A stretch of 63,794 bases of DNA, counting the filler, from Lenisia limosa (lineage: Eukaryota; Protista; Breviatea), in the NCBI GenBank assembly GCA_001655205.1. It is 16 parts of 16 records of this genome, joined end to end, with 100 filler letters (N's around TTAATTAATTAA, not from the genome) between each part and the next. Parts side by side here need not be neighbours in the genome. Positions count along the whole stretch, not along the records: positions 38,006 to 42,687 come from LPNZ01001326.1; positions 42,788 to 46,631 come from LPNZ01009206.1; positions 46,732 to 53,292 come from LPNZ01010758.1; 13 more parts are not named here. One strand, given 5' to 3'. The notes below the pieces were generated by a model, which had not been told where the DNA came from, did not search any database, and was given only the letters and a program-made list of their open reading frames with translations. Each line of letters starts with the position of its first letter. The first letter of the stretch is position 1. The translations under genes and the position numbers were made by a program. This document shows, piece after piece, positions 38,306 through 50,584 of this stretch.

Positions 38306-41081
38306 TTTGAGGGGAACCGACCCCTTGATGTCTGCCTGCACAATGAACTCAACGTCCAGGCTTCCCTCCCTGTTGTCCCTCCAGACAAATGCCGTGGCTG
38401 GGCAATGTGAAAATGGGAAGGGGGAATAAAACGAAAGAAATTTCGATGAAGAATATTGGGGGATTGGACAGTTTATTTAATGATGAAACAAAAACAAAAC
38501 ACCCAAACTCATCTCTGTTGGGCGTGTGAAGAAACTTGGAAAAAATGGGGGTGGAGGTAATATTTTTTATTCATATTGAGACATGCTGTAGCAGGGCAAT
38601 GTTAAAATGGGCGGGGGGGGGGGACGAAGGAAAATTCAATGAATTCTGGCATAAAGAAGGTACTAAACACGACCTTGTTCCAATAAAAGAATAAAACCTC
38701 GTCAGCAGAAATATAAAAGTGAGACTCCGAGTACCAAAATCCCACTAAAAATGGCTGGGAAATGCACTTCGTTACCAGTTACATGTTAGGGTAACCAAGT
38801 GCTCATCCCAAAATAGCTTTTCATCCCGTCGATTAAAAATAAGAGCAATTGAACCATATTGATGCATTTTACAGCATAAAACACTCCTTCCACCCCATAG
38901 TTGCAAAGCTCTCCTTCCACCCTCGTACGTCCTAAAAGTCCGCGGACAGCCTTGTCGGTTTCGGGTACTTCAGGGCACTCACAGCTCAAATTGTAGAACA
39001 TTGACACGTCATCTATTGTACGATGGAATGTGTAGCTGTAAGATGTTAGAAAAGATGTAGCTGTAAGATGAGTGTAAAGATGTAGCTGTAGAGTGACTGT
39101 ACAGATGTCAGGTGGATATTCTAGAGATATTGAAGTGAAACAATCAGATATCCCACAAACAAATACACTAGTAGAATCAATCCACAGCAACTTTATCTAC
39201 GACCAACAGAACTCGATTTCTTTTCGTCTCCACCCTCCACCACCATCATAACTATCCCCCAAACAAGGTAAAATCGCGCTGCTGAAGGGGCCATGACAGT
39301 TTGTGGTAGTTGTGACGAACCTGATGACGTGTCAATTATAAAAATACCACAAGTACCCTATTTACTTTGTGTAGTTAGAATATTTATATTGGATGTAATT
39401 TCTTGCTCTTAAAAACCATCTTTCTCTTTCGTGGTCACTTGCATTCGTCATAATCATTATAATGCATACCTCATGATCGTCATCAAGCTTCAACACTTGT
39501 TCGTAGCTTGAAAACATGGGGTCAGCTGGGGGGAGGGGGAGTAAAATTGGAAAATTTATGAAACAAAAAAAAAGTAAAACGAAGGAAATTTGGGTAAATA
39601 TATTTCTACATACTGTCTGTACATAGTCAAGTTGATCCATATCCACTGGTGCTAAGGAACAACGTTTTCTTAGAATGATTTAAATACCTGTAGAATGCCA
39701 CCCCGCATACCAATTCGCATATATGTGTCATAATCATCAATTAGAGTTCTGAACGCATCTCCTGTCGTTTTGATCTTTCCAGACCCTAAGAAATGAATAA
39801 TACTACTTATATTGTCATTGAGTCAGTAAAACTAATGCTAAGCCTGTCATGTACATGTATTTACATTATCGGGATATATATATATAATATAATAATAGCA
39901 ATGATAAATAAAAAAATAAAATAGTATATGGCCGAAGCACACAATCACGCTTAAAAGAGATAGTAGATTATAGTATAATATATTAATTCACCTTACCCAA
40001 TCATTTGCCTTACAACTCTGTGCACACAGCTTTCTGTATACAGAATACTAATGCGGGAGTCCTTAATTTGCGAAAAATATGTTTTTTAGCATTTCGCCCA
40101 CTTTTCGGTGGAATATTGCAAAAAATATGCCCTTTTCCGAGCCAACTCCAAGAGAATTGGAAAACATTAATATTTTGTATTTTTCTAGGTATTAAATTTT
40201 CCTGAAATATTGCTCAAATCATATAGTTTTCAAGTCTAAAATCACCCATAGAAAACGCAAATTTCATTAATTTGGATGACGATTTCAAAAAGTGCTGTAA
40301 AGCAGAGACATTTCTGTGCCTTACAAAGGAATTCAGCTAGTATTCTCACGGAAACGATTAACTTAAAATTATACATATTGTCCACCCAGGCCCCAAATCG
40401 TAGAAACTAGCTCACAAAAATAAAATTGTTCTCCAGCTTTAAACCCTTTAGAAGAAAACCATTGCATTGTAAATTCAGTTTTATATACAACCTACGCTCA
40501 AATTGAAAATAATGAGAGGAATGGGAAATTCAATCATTACTATAGTGACGATAAAACAACGGCTCCATTTCGGTTCGGGAAAATATCGATAGTTTTCTTG
40601 GATTTATCGAGCCTTTGTTCGAACCAAAGGGAAGCTCAAGATACAACATTCCCCACCATCCCTTCCACTTCCTCTAGTTCTGGAGTAATATATATAGCAA
40701 TGAGAAATGAAAAAAAGGTAGTATCTGACCGAAGCCTTCTACACCATCACGCTTAAGAGATATTGGGTATAGTATAATATTAATTCACCCGATCATTTGC
40801 CTAACAAATCTGTGCACACACGCACACACAGGGCTTTCTGTGTGCGTGCCTCCCCAACATACATCCCCCCTCCCCCGTATATCGGGAGGATGCGTATCTT
40901 TTTTCCGACATATACACCCACTCCCCCAGTAATCAGCATACTCACAGGATGGACACTGGAAGCAATAAATAGCCCCCCACCCTTCACAACGTGGACTTTG
41001 CTTGTGGGGTTTTTGAGGAAGAAAACGCCAACGCCCTTGCTCTCTTTTGACTTTTTCCACAGTTCCTCGCCTTCTTCGAAA
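38306..41081 (-). CDS. START (lipid-binding) domain protein; may extend to ~41670
   Basis: EELWKKSKESKGVGVFFLKNPTSKVHVVK; DPMFSSYEQVLKLDDDHE; CPEVPETDKAVRG; SLDVEFIVQADIKGSVPLK. These occur in the order expected for START-domain motifs. Confidence 0.7.
40715..40856 (-). repeat. Family C copy in the START gene intron
   Basis: Full-length reverse copy; another lies at ~39925-40040. Confidence 0.85.
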
Positions 41082-41963
41082 CTACGGGGGTGAAAATTGG
41101 AGCTTAACTTTTGGTTCCCAGAGACGGGTACAATACATAAGGAAATGAGAAGAAAGAAAACAAGCTATATCCGTCCATACTATCACGCTCACATAGAAAT
41201 CATATAGAAGAGAAGATGCGAATGAAGAAGAAGAGAAGGGAAGATATGAAATCAAAGAGAAGAAGACATTAATGGAAAAGACAAAGAGAGGAATGGGATT
41301 TGTCACTCCACCACGCACAACCACCTTCTTTAACTGACTCACACCTCACCATTATCCCAGAGACAACAATCAAAAGACTCCCATCATCAAAGACAACAAT
41401 AGCAGAAGAGCAAGCCGAAAGAGGAAGGTGAAGGATCACGGAAGAAATGGTCCGGTTGGCATTCCATCTTGGGCCGAACCGGAGGAACCTCAAACTGCCC
41501 ACCACATCTTCCGAAGGTCATCATACAGCTCGTCATCACGGTCTGCAAACGTTTCTTTGTCTGATAAGGTCAGTTTAGGTCATGGAGTGTCATAAAGGAG
41601 GAGGATGCAGTTGATCAAGATGGGAACCGACCAGGAAACGGTAGTACTTCAATTTCGGCCATGGTTACGAATCTTCTTTTCTCAGAGCAATCTAGAAAGA
41701 AATAAGCGCAAGAGGAGAACTTCTACTGTTGCAAGGGTGTGCTGAAGTCCGATGATAAGTATCGGATGTCAAGTTTATTCTGTTCAATAATCATATAAAT
41801 GTCTATATAAAGGAACCCGATATACCTTAACACGAAAGAGCGACAGCACAGCGTGACAGCATTTTTTTATGCATTACTTACAATATCGTAACCCCATGTT
41901 AGGATCCTTTTTAGTTGCGATCACGATTCTTCCACCTTCCAACCTTCTTCTAGACCTTTTATT

Positions 41964-42687
41964 ATGGGGAAGAAACCAAAGACCAAAGCTCATACTCAGG
42001 AGGTCAGTGAGAAACCAGCTCAGGACGTGTCCCTAACACCTGTCCTCGCTGTCTCCCAGCCCTCTTCTGCCCCTAAGAAGAAGCAGAATAAGAAAAAAAA
42101 GGCTAAGAAAGAGGCGAAGCCTGAAATTGTTGCTTCTCCTACAGATGCGCAAGACACCACCAGCACTGATCAACCTCAGAAGAAGAATGAGACACCAGTC
42201 AAAACAGACATGAAGAAGAAGCCGAAAAGAGGTTTAAGAGGAAAGAAGAGAGCCGCCTTTCTTGCCGCTAAGCAGAAGGAAGCCAACCAAGTGGTCACTG
42301 CAGAACACGTGGTAAGAGGTTGAGAAAGGGGAATTGTACTCAATGAACCAATGCTAATGCTTGTAATAGCATGCCTAAGTAAGGCGAACATTTCACACAT
42401 ATAAATAACAGTACAATCACTGTTTCACCTATCATCTTGTGATATTTTGCCTTCATGATGTCGGCTTCTTTTTTATTTTTAATCTGTTAAAAAAGGAAGC
42501 AAAAGGCTCAACAGTTGGTTTCATATGTATTCACTTGTCAGAGATAAACTCATATCGAGATATTATCAACTCCTTATTGTGTAATTAGAACCGTTTAATG
42601 CCGGTCGCATTTTGTCTAGCAGTATGGCTTCTTTTTACGTTTTAGGAGAACAGCGTGAAAGTGGACGCAGCAATGGCCAAACATCTG
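41964..42687 (+). CDS. Lysine-rich N-terminus of an unknown (possibly nuclear/nucleolar) protein, truncated
   Basis: Exon 41964-~42311 MGKKPKTK...KKKPKRGLRGKKRAAF, GTAAGA donor, next exon ENSVKVDAAMAKHL. Confidence 0.6.
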
Positions 42688-42825
42688 NNNNNNNNNNNNN
42701 NNNNNNNNNNNNNNNNNNNNNNNNNNNNNNNTTAATTAATTAANNNNNNNNNNNNNNNNNNNNNNNNNNNNNNNNNNNNNNNNNNNNTTTTCTTCTTTTT
42801 TTTTTTTTTCTTTTTTGTCATAATA

Positions 42826-44865
42826 ATGAGTGGAACAACTCAAGTTAAAAGCGTACTTGAGCTACGGGAACAGGAACCCAGAAAGGGAAAGTCAAAGACT
42901 TCTTGTCGTTCTGCCCTTGTCTTTAGATACTCTCGTAGTGGCGAAATGGAGCGTGGATGCTCACAAAAGATTGTAAACGGGCAGTGATGCACCAAATGTA
43001 CCATTAAGTTCTAAATTGTAAGCTTGTCTCATCATTAAAAAACCTCTTGAGCCTTCTATCTGTTTATCAGATCGAATTCTGCAGCAAGGATGAGTTTCTG
43101 GCCCAAATGGTTAGTTCTTTCATGTTCTAACATGATCAGAAAGACATCGAGAAAACTCCCACCTCAGTTCTGCCTCCCCTTTCTCTTGCTGATCCTATGA
43201 CCAAGAAGACACCTCCTTCGATCGTGAGAAGTCACTCAACCAGAAATGCCGCCGTCGAGTTTTCCGTTAAGAAAGATCTCCGCGCCCAGAACCTCAACTT
43301 CCGACACCTTGCCTCTCTCCCTCCCACCAAGTTGATGGATCATTTTTTTTGAAAGGTTTTTTAACAGGTTTTTTTTTTTTTTTTTTNNNNNNNNNNNNNN
43401 NNNNNNNNNNNNNNNNNNNNNNNNNNNNNNNNNNNNNNNNNNNNNNNNNNNNNNNNNNNNNNNNNNNNNNNNATCAACACCCTCTCTGCTTGTCTTTCCG
43501 GTACTCCTGTCAAGGCCACTGCACTTGGCAACATTTGCAAGCCCGCTGACGAGACCACATCTGAGAGCATAATGCATAGTATCTTCAAGACTGAGATACT
43601 ACCCGCTGCCACCAAGGTACAAGCCTATTAGCAATATGGTGTTAGCAATATGGTGTGGTGGGGGTTTACTATCTTAGAAGTACAACGAGATGCTGGAGGT
43701 AACTCGACAAGAGGTTTACCAGCTCGAAGGTCCCAAGATCGTTTTCAGCGCTGACACTCGCTACTCTGTGGTGTTGTTGATTGTTTTTGGGGCTTAATGA
43801 GAATATGTAGAAAGCTGTTGTTTTTTTTGTATAATATTGTTTTCATCAACTCTTTTGTATTTCTTCTTGTAGATCTGAATTTGTTTTCATTGTTTCAAAA
43901 CCTCGTGTTTTTTTTATACACAATCAACTGTTTTAGTCCATGGGTTACAACAGCCTTGACGCGACCATCTTCATGCCACAAGGACAAGATTGCCCATGTC
44001 ACCAAGGACACTGAGCATGTCGCTGCTACTAAGCTCTCCGCTAAGGCTCTTGATGCCTCGGTGCTGAGCACTGTTTCGTCGAGCTCGTCGAGATTGGCTT
44101 CAGGCCTAACGTTGACGTAGGAAAGATTACTTGGAATGCACATTGTATTGATGGTTCACATTTCAGCTCCCCGATAACGACTCTGGGTCCTGTGCTCCTG
44201 TTGACACCATCGCCTGTACTGTGTACAAGGACAAGAACATCACCGACTTTGATCAACTCATCGAGCTAAGAAGGCCGCGGTACTTCTCCTCACTGACGTC
44301 AAGGGCAAGAGTAGGCCTTCATTATGAAAATATTTTTCTTTTTATTTTAGGGTTATGACTAATTCAATGCAAGAATAACAATTTCAGACCTTGGGATTGA
44401 CGTCAACGACGCTGTCACTACTGCTCTCTTCCTTGACCGTGAGTACCGTCATCTTGTGAAGAAGTCTGAGAGCGAAGCGCAAGGTCCTTCACGAAGCGCC
44501 TCACACACAAGGCCCAGTCGATTAATGACTGCCATGGGAGGGTCTTCTTCCTGTTCGTGTTTTGTGGGGTTTTATGGGCATGTTTACCAACTGTTGTGTT
44601 TTTCTTCATTACAGTTACGCATCTCCTTTGTTTTTTGCTAGAGTGGGGGTATTTATTGAGTTTTTAGAGAATAAAGTTTTTGTTTTTGAAGGTGCTCTTT
44701 TCCCCTCAACTCACCTTATAGGCACCTCAAGATCTCGGATGGTCCGTAAGTCTCTCTTCAATGCCGACGATGACGCCGAGTTCTCGGGTGACGATGTCGA
44801 GGAAGAGGAAGAAGGGTATTTGGGACCCTGAGAAGAGCGACACGGAGTACGATGTTGAGGATTAG
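42826..44865 (+). mobile_element. Degenerate, intron-containing Kolobok/Mutator-like DDE transposase
   Basis: INTLSACLSGTP...ILPAATKKYNEMLEVTRQEV..KIVFSADTRYS|SMGYNSLDATIFM...KALDA(L)GAEHCFVELVEIG. This parallels the N.LLSA.IL.SG / PAI...W..Q / GDGR.DSPG.SA.Y.TY..M / LE..G...L..L...G series of Kolobok-type transposases. At least 4 single-base frameshifts are needed. Confidence 0.55.
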
Positions 44866-44995
44866 TCTGTTTCTGTTTTTCATTTGTATCAGGTTATCAT
44901 TATCATTATAATAGAATATAACTATCACTCTCCCAACTGCCCAGAATTGTTGAACTAATTCAATGCCATAGAAAACAGTATATTAAAAAGATTAC

Positions 44996-45145
44996 AGATC
45001 TGCATACAGTCTACGAACTTCTGCTGTGATGCACTCCGGTAGTGTCACACGTTGGTCAACCACACCAAGAATCACAGCCACCTCCCTGTAGGTGACAAAC
45101 CTCCTGGTCCTCATCCATAAGTTGGTCACGATTACGGCACCAATC
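44996..45145 (-). mobile_element. KolX-like (P2X7 ballast-like) exon convergent with the transposase
   Basis: AG/GT-bounded 150-nt exon: RRFVTYREVAVILGVVDQRVTLPECITAEVRRLYAD, similar to the R..AYR.F...LG...R..LPSC.V..IR..FP motif. Confidence 0.5.
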
Positions 45146-46731
45146 CTAAAGAATCATTCAGATCAAGAAAAGAAAAAAGAGAAGTTCTTTTCTATTGATC
45201 TTCTTGGTGAAATCCCCTGCTCTCAGCCTTAACTTTCAGAGAGTTTCTTTTGAGGATGATTGACTTTTTTTTTCTTTTTTAGGAGGGTATTCTAAAAGTT
45301 GCTGCGTTCCTCCTTTACTCTTCTCTTCTTTGTTCTCTGCAGTGCTTAACACTATAAACAAAATATAAGCAGTTAATCATGATTTCAGGAGTTGATTTGC
45401 TCTCAACTTCCTCCTCAAATGATCGATCATGCTGAACGGAACAATGAGTCAAAATATGTCATAGTATATCCTATTCCCGCGGGTAAAACAAATATAATAA
45501 ATGTATATTTTTTCATCAATTCATTTGCATATATAATATTCCGATGACGTTTCACCCCCTAAATGATGTTTTTGTGCTTCCAGTAGTTCGATCAGAGCGT
45601 CAAAATATGATTTTTCACGAGGAAAATAAAAAGACCTATAACGAAAAATATGACTCTCATTTTCCAGAGGGTATATGATTGAACCTTGTCATTGTTATTG
45701 TGTTTTTACGTTATAAATATTTTTTGTGGTTTTTCAATGTATGAAAATTTTTGACAGTCCCACCTTAATACAATAATACTAATACATGATATTAAATAAA
45801 ATATTAATACAAAAAATAAGGAGTACTAGTAAAAAATAATGAAGAAACAGACAATCAGAAAACGAAAGAACAAAAAAATCAACGGAATGAAGCAGATTTT
45901 TTTAAAAAATTGTTCTTACAGAATCAACGAACTAAAAATAATTTTGTAAATAAGTAAATATACTGGTATATTATATTAATATGAATAATATTGATATATG
46001 CAAGTCGTACCCCGTGAGTGCGAACACCCACCTGAGTGCGAACAGAAATACCAAAAATGTCCCAATTTTGAATAAAATTTGTGGAAAATTTACCAAAATG
46101 TATGCCTTCCAGCTCTTTGAGTGAAGCATTGAAATATTATCGTATTTTTTTGAATTGAACTGAAGTGAACTTGGGTTATTTAAGCAGAGTTCCCTTTTCA
46201 CTGAAATCCTCTTGTATTTTAAGATAGTCGAGGGGTTATACTTCCGTCTATGACTCAAAGAAGCTTGGATCGAGCCCAGAGGATGATGTTTTTTTAAAAA
46301 AGTGAGTTCAGGGCATTTTGTGGGAATGTGCTCTGTGTATAGTATTACCCCATTTATTCGTTTTTTCTTCTTTTTATATGTTAATTTGTACAAACATGTC
46401 CTCAACAGTATTCTTATTGGGTACAAAAGCCTTCATAGCAAATTTTCAAATCTGAATGTATACTATGATCTGATTTATTGGAAACATATTCCCAACAAGA
46501 TTTATTTCACGTTTTTGAAAGATTTTGAAGATTTAGATCGACTTGGAGTTGACGCAACAGAGTAGTTATTTCTGATAGTTTCCGTGGTACCTTTTGTTGT
46601 TGTTGTATGCGTTACTTTAAGTATTGCCTAGNNNNNNNNNNNNNNNNNNNNNNNNNNNNNNNNNNNNNNNNNNNNTTAATTAATTAANNNNNNNNNNNNN
46701 NNNNNNNNNNNNNNNNNNNNNNNNNNNNNNN

Positions 46732-49477
46732 AAGACATTCCTCGAGCAGTGGACCTCTTCCGTGTTGGTGCTGAGCGCTCAGATGTGGAGTGTTCTGCTA
46801 TGCTTGGCTATGCGTTGATGCTAATGGTATGTGTTACAAGGACATAGGTAGAACGACTGATACTTCGATCCAACAAGTTGTCATAATTTGACGTTCAAAT
46901 TTGTGTATTTTGTAGATGACTACGGACTCGCACTTCAATACCTAGATATTACTAAACATAGGGTGATCTTGAAGGGTCGTTGAAATGGCTGAACTGGGCT
47001 GCTGAGCGAGACAGTCCGGAAGCATTCCACTGCTTAGTGGGGGGGGGGGGGGAATTNNNNNNNNNNNNNNNNNNNNNNNNNNNNNNNNNNNNNNNNNNNN
47101 NNNNNNNNNNNNNNNNNNNNNNNTATATTACAAGAAAATAGTGTCTTCTATTGAGCTATCAACCAGAAGCTAAAATCTTGGATATATCAAACGTCATGCC
47201 AAACATAGTCGTTGTCTGATTCACCAGGGCCTCATATCTTTGGCGTCAGCCACAGATGACCTGTCAAGTCTCGCATCCGCACGCAGCTTCTTTGAGAAAG
47301 CTGTTGCTCTGGTATGAGGATTGGAACAAAGTTAAATGATTGGTGATTGTATACTCACACCATAAAAGTTGGGGACGTGTGGAAATAATGACCCAGCTTT
47401 CTCACAGCATACACGCAAACTACTTATTTCTCTTCTCCTCTCGCTAAATATCCAGTGCCCAGGTACACGCTATAACATTCCTTGACGCCCTAGGGTCACC
47501 CTTTGGCAACTGCGTCGTTGGAGGAGACAGAGAAAGTAATGGAGGAATGGCGCGAAAAAGACCGCCAAGATTCAGCCGACATGCTGGCTAAAAGGTAAGC
47601 TAAATGCTGTTTAAGCATACAATCGAATATGAGGACAATTGCTCGTAGTTTGATATTCTCATGGAGTTATGATTGGGAGGATATAAAGATCATGGGACGT
47701 TTTGCTCAGAGTTTAGCTTTGCCAATGAAGATATCAAGGCTCTCATGTCTCCGTCTCTTCTGAATGGTCTTCTAACGGTTTCCGGGGCGTGGCTTAGTTT
47801 CTACAGTACGGTGATATATGGCGTTCTCACTTCTACGTAGGGCTTCACTTCGGTTCGAAAAAAGACGGAGTTTCTTGATAAATCCTCGAAAACTATCGAT
47901 ATTTTATCAGTCTTTTTTGAATCGAAGTGAATACTTGTTGGTCTCACAACATTTCAAGCTTTGCGTTCCTCCCGTTTAACACCCCAGGACTCTCTGCGAA
48001 CCCTATGCATGGAAGACACCCCTTTGTCGGCAATTCAGGTTCGGCCTGATGGTACACTCCACGTTCCGCCGGAAGCCGAACCCGCTCTTTCCGAGGTCCG
48101 CGGCAGACAGTCGAATCTGGCCACGTCTGGAGCCTTAATTCACGCCAAAGTGGCGCAGAAGGCGCGGGAAGAAGGCCACAACGTTCCTGCTTTTGAGGTT
48201 GACGAGACCGATATGAGTGTTGTTGAGATGCTGAAGCTGCTTCTTCCCGCACCGGTTCCGCCCGTAATGGAGGAGTTGGACCCTGACCGGGATGATGAAA
48301 CGCACAGGTTGGAGGCATTGCATTATCCTTCTCGCATTATTTTTTATAACAGTTACCTGGAAAGTTACCGAAGGATGGTCTTCTTGTAATCATATACAGC
48401 TTGATCCCCTTCCCACATTTGTTGTTATCAATAGCTCACTCACTTCAGAAGCCTACAGGGTACTGGCACAGCGTAATCAATGTAGAGTGGACTCAGCTGC
48501 AGCCATCCTCAGCCGCCTCTCGAACATTGACGAAACTCTTGCCACTCTGGAGGTCGAGAAAGTGGCTGCTGAGCTGAAAGTGAGCTGGAACAATGGAAAG
48601 GAGTGGCACAATATGCCCTCTTTTTCATTAGTTGAGACATTTATTTCACGTACAAGTTGACGATCATATACTCTCATTTTGCCATATATTAATTACGTTT
48701 AATGATATTTGTTCTCAGATTTTTGCATTTTCCGGTAGAGTATGACTGGTCTCGGCTTTGTTTGTTTTGGTTACCAACCCTCGTGTGTTGTCGGCCAACA
48801 GAGTTGATCTGGGCTTTTTTGTTTCAGAAATGTTCCAACCCCCCTCTCAGGTACCCCGGGCGTCCTTTGAGGAAATGGAGCGACTACGAGCTAACGCCGT
48901 CATCAATGCCCCGAATCTGCAAACCCAAAGTGGGAATAGATTATAACAATAGTACTTGTTTTCCTTCATTTCATCGCAGCTTATCATAAACAGTACTATT
49001 TTACAGTTATAATACTGTTTGAGTAATATGCGATGCGTAAACATGAGGTTATTTCTTTGTTTTACCCCCCCCCCCCCACNNNNNNNNNNNNNNNNNNNNN
49101 NNNNNNNNNNNNNNNNNNNNNNNNNNNNNNNNNNNNNNNNNNNNNNNNNNNNNNNNNNNNNNNNNNNNNNNNNNNNNNNNNNNNNNNNNNNNNNNNNNNN
49201 NNNNNNNNNNNNNNNNNNNNNNNNNNNNNNNNNNNNNNNNNNNNNNNNNNNNNNNNNNNNNNNNNNNNNNNNNNNNNNNNNNNNNNNNNNNNNNNNNNNN
49301 NNNNNNNNNNNNNNNNNNNNNGCTGGCACACTAATCATTATCTTTTGTCAATCGTGTCAGTACTCGTGTACACTGCATATTATTTCGGCTTTCTCATATT
49401 CACTTCACAGGGCTGCTGAGGCCAGGCAAAGGGGTTTGAGAGCACGAGCAGAAGCAATGAAACTCATGGAGGAGTAG
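46732..49477 (+). CDS. SEL1-like repeat protein, 5' truncated
   Basis: RAVDLFRVGAERSDVECSAMLGY; SLKWLNWAAERDSPEAFHCL; ARSFFEKAVAL (SEL1 pattern). Long exon ~47980-48310; ends EAMKLMEE-TAG at 49477. Confidence 0.65.
48740..48850 (+). repeat. Family B module
   Basis: Ends exactly at acceptor cccctctcag (48850). Confidence 0.85.
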
Positions 49478-50584
49478 GGGAAGTAGTGTTTCTTTTGGTT
49501 GTATATTTTTTGACTATGGTTTTGTATACTTGTATTATTGTATCTATTTTCCTATCAGTGCTCCATCAGACACCCAGGGTGGAAGGGAAATCTGGAATCT
49601 GGAATCTGGAATTTTTCTGTAATCTGGAAATGGGTTTTTTTTTTTGGATTTTGTATAATTGTTTGGAGAATATTGTAGGAGGTATCTGGAACAGTGATAA
49701 AACACCAGTTTCTCCAAATATCTTGGTAAAATACGGGTTTAACAGTTTTTGAAAACTCCCTTGCCTCCTCCCCCTCTTGAATGTTCTTGCTTGCTTTGCT
49801 GCTGCAATAGTATAGCAGGAGCGTGGGTACACCAAGGTTTAATATACACATTAACAAGTACTTGTGTTATTATCAAATATATATTTGATATATCGATATA
49901 CATACATATTAATAGACCAGAAGTCATACACTGTTAATGTATTGTTGTTGTTCTCGTTAAATCTGCGTGTAATGATGATTGATGCACTGATTGGAACTTG
50001 ACTGATGCAAAAAAACTGGATTAGTGCGGTGATCAAGATGATCACACAGTCGGATTAATTCTTTTGCTAATCTGGTGCATCATAAATAAGTAAAAGAACT
50101 TCAAAGCTAGTTTTGATGTTTGACCCAATTGGTCTTTAATTATGTTGTCAATCCATTTTTAGTAATAATTGATATCGTGAGTGGTATATCATGCTAAGAG
50201 TTGTTAATTGAGTCGTATCATCATCGCCGTCACTTGTTTCTGGTGACTTGGTGGTTTAACGGGATACATACTTCGACGAACTACCAGTTCTGGGGTTCTG
50301 AGTAGGTTACTATTAACAGGTGCTTCAGGGTTCACCAAGGTATACTTGTTTCAATAAATTGATACATATAGCTAGTTTAAAGGTCCTTTTCGTCTACAAG
50401 ATTGATAATATTATACAATATATATTTAGATGTCGAAAGAAACTATTAACAATCAAACGTATCCTTTTGAACTCTTCAGTTGAGGTTATCGAAAGTGAAG
50501 GGGACTAAACAGCAGCAGCTACATATATAATCAGAATATTGTATATTGTAGCTGTTCAGGCTTATGATGAGGACCCCCCTACCA

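Noticed and set aside
44041-44256. RuvB-like ORF (IKVGDVLVLVHSTG) on the minus strand
   Set aside because: Only a short resemblance, with no Walker motifs nearby; the plus strand carries spliced, codon-like transposase exons over the same interval.
42788-46631. The Kolobok-like transposase as mobiliser of family A/E MITEs
   Set aside because: The MITEs are flanked by TA, not TTAA, and no matching TIR is visible on this scaffold; unsupported.
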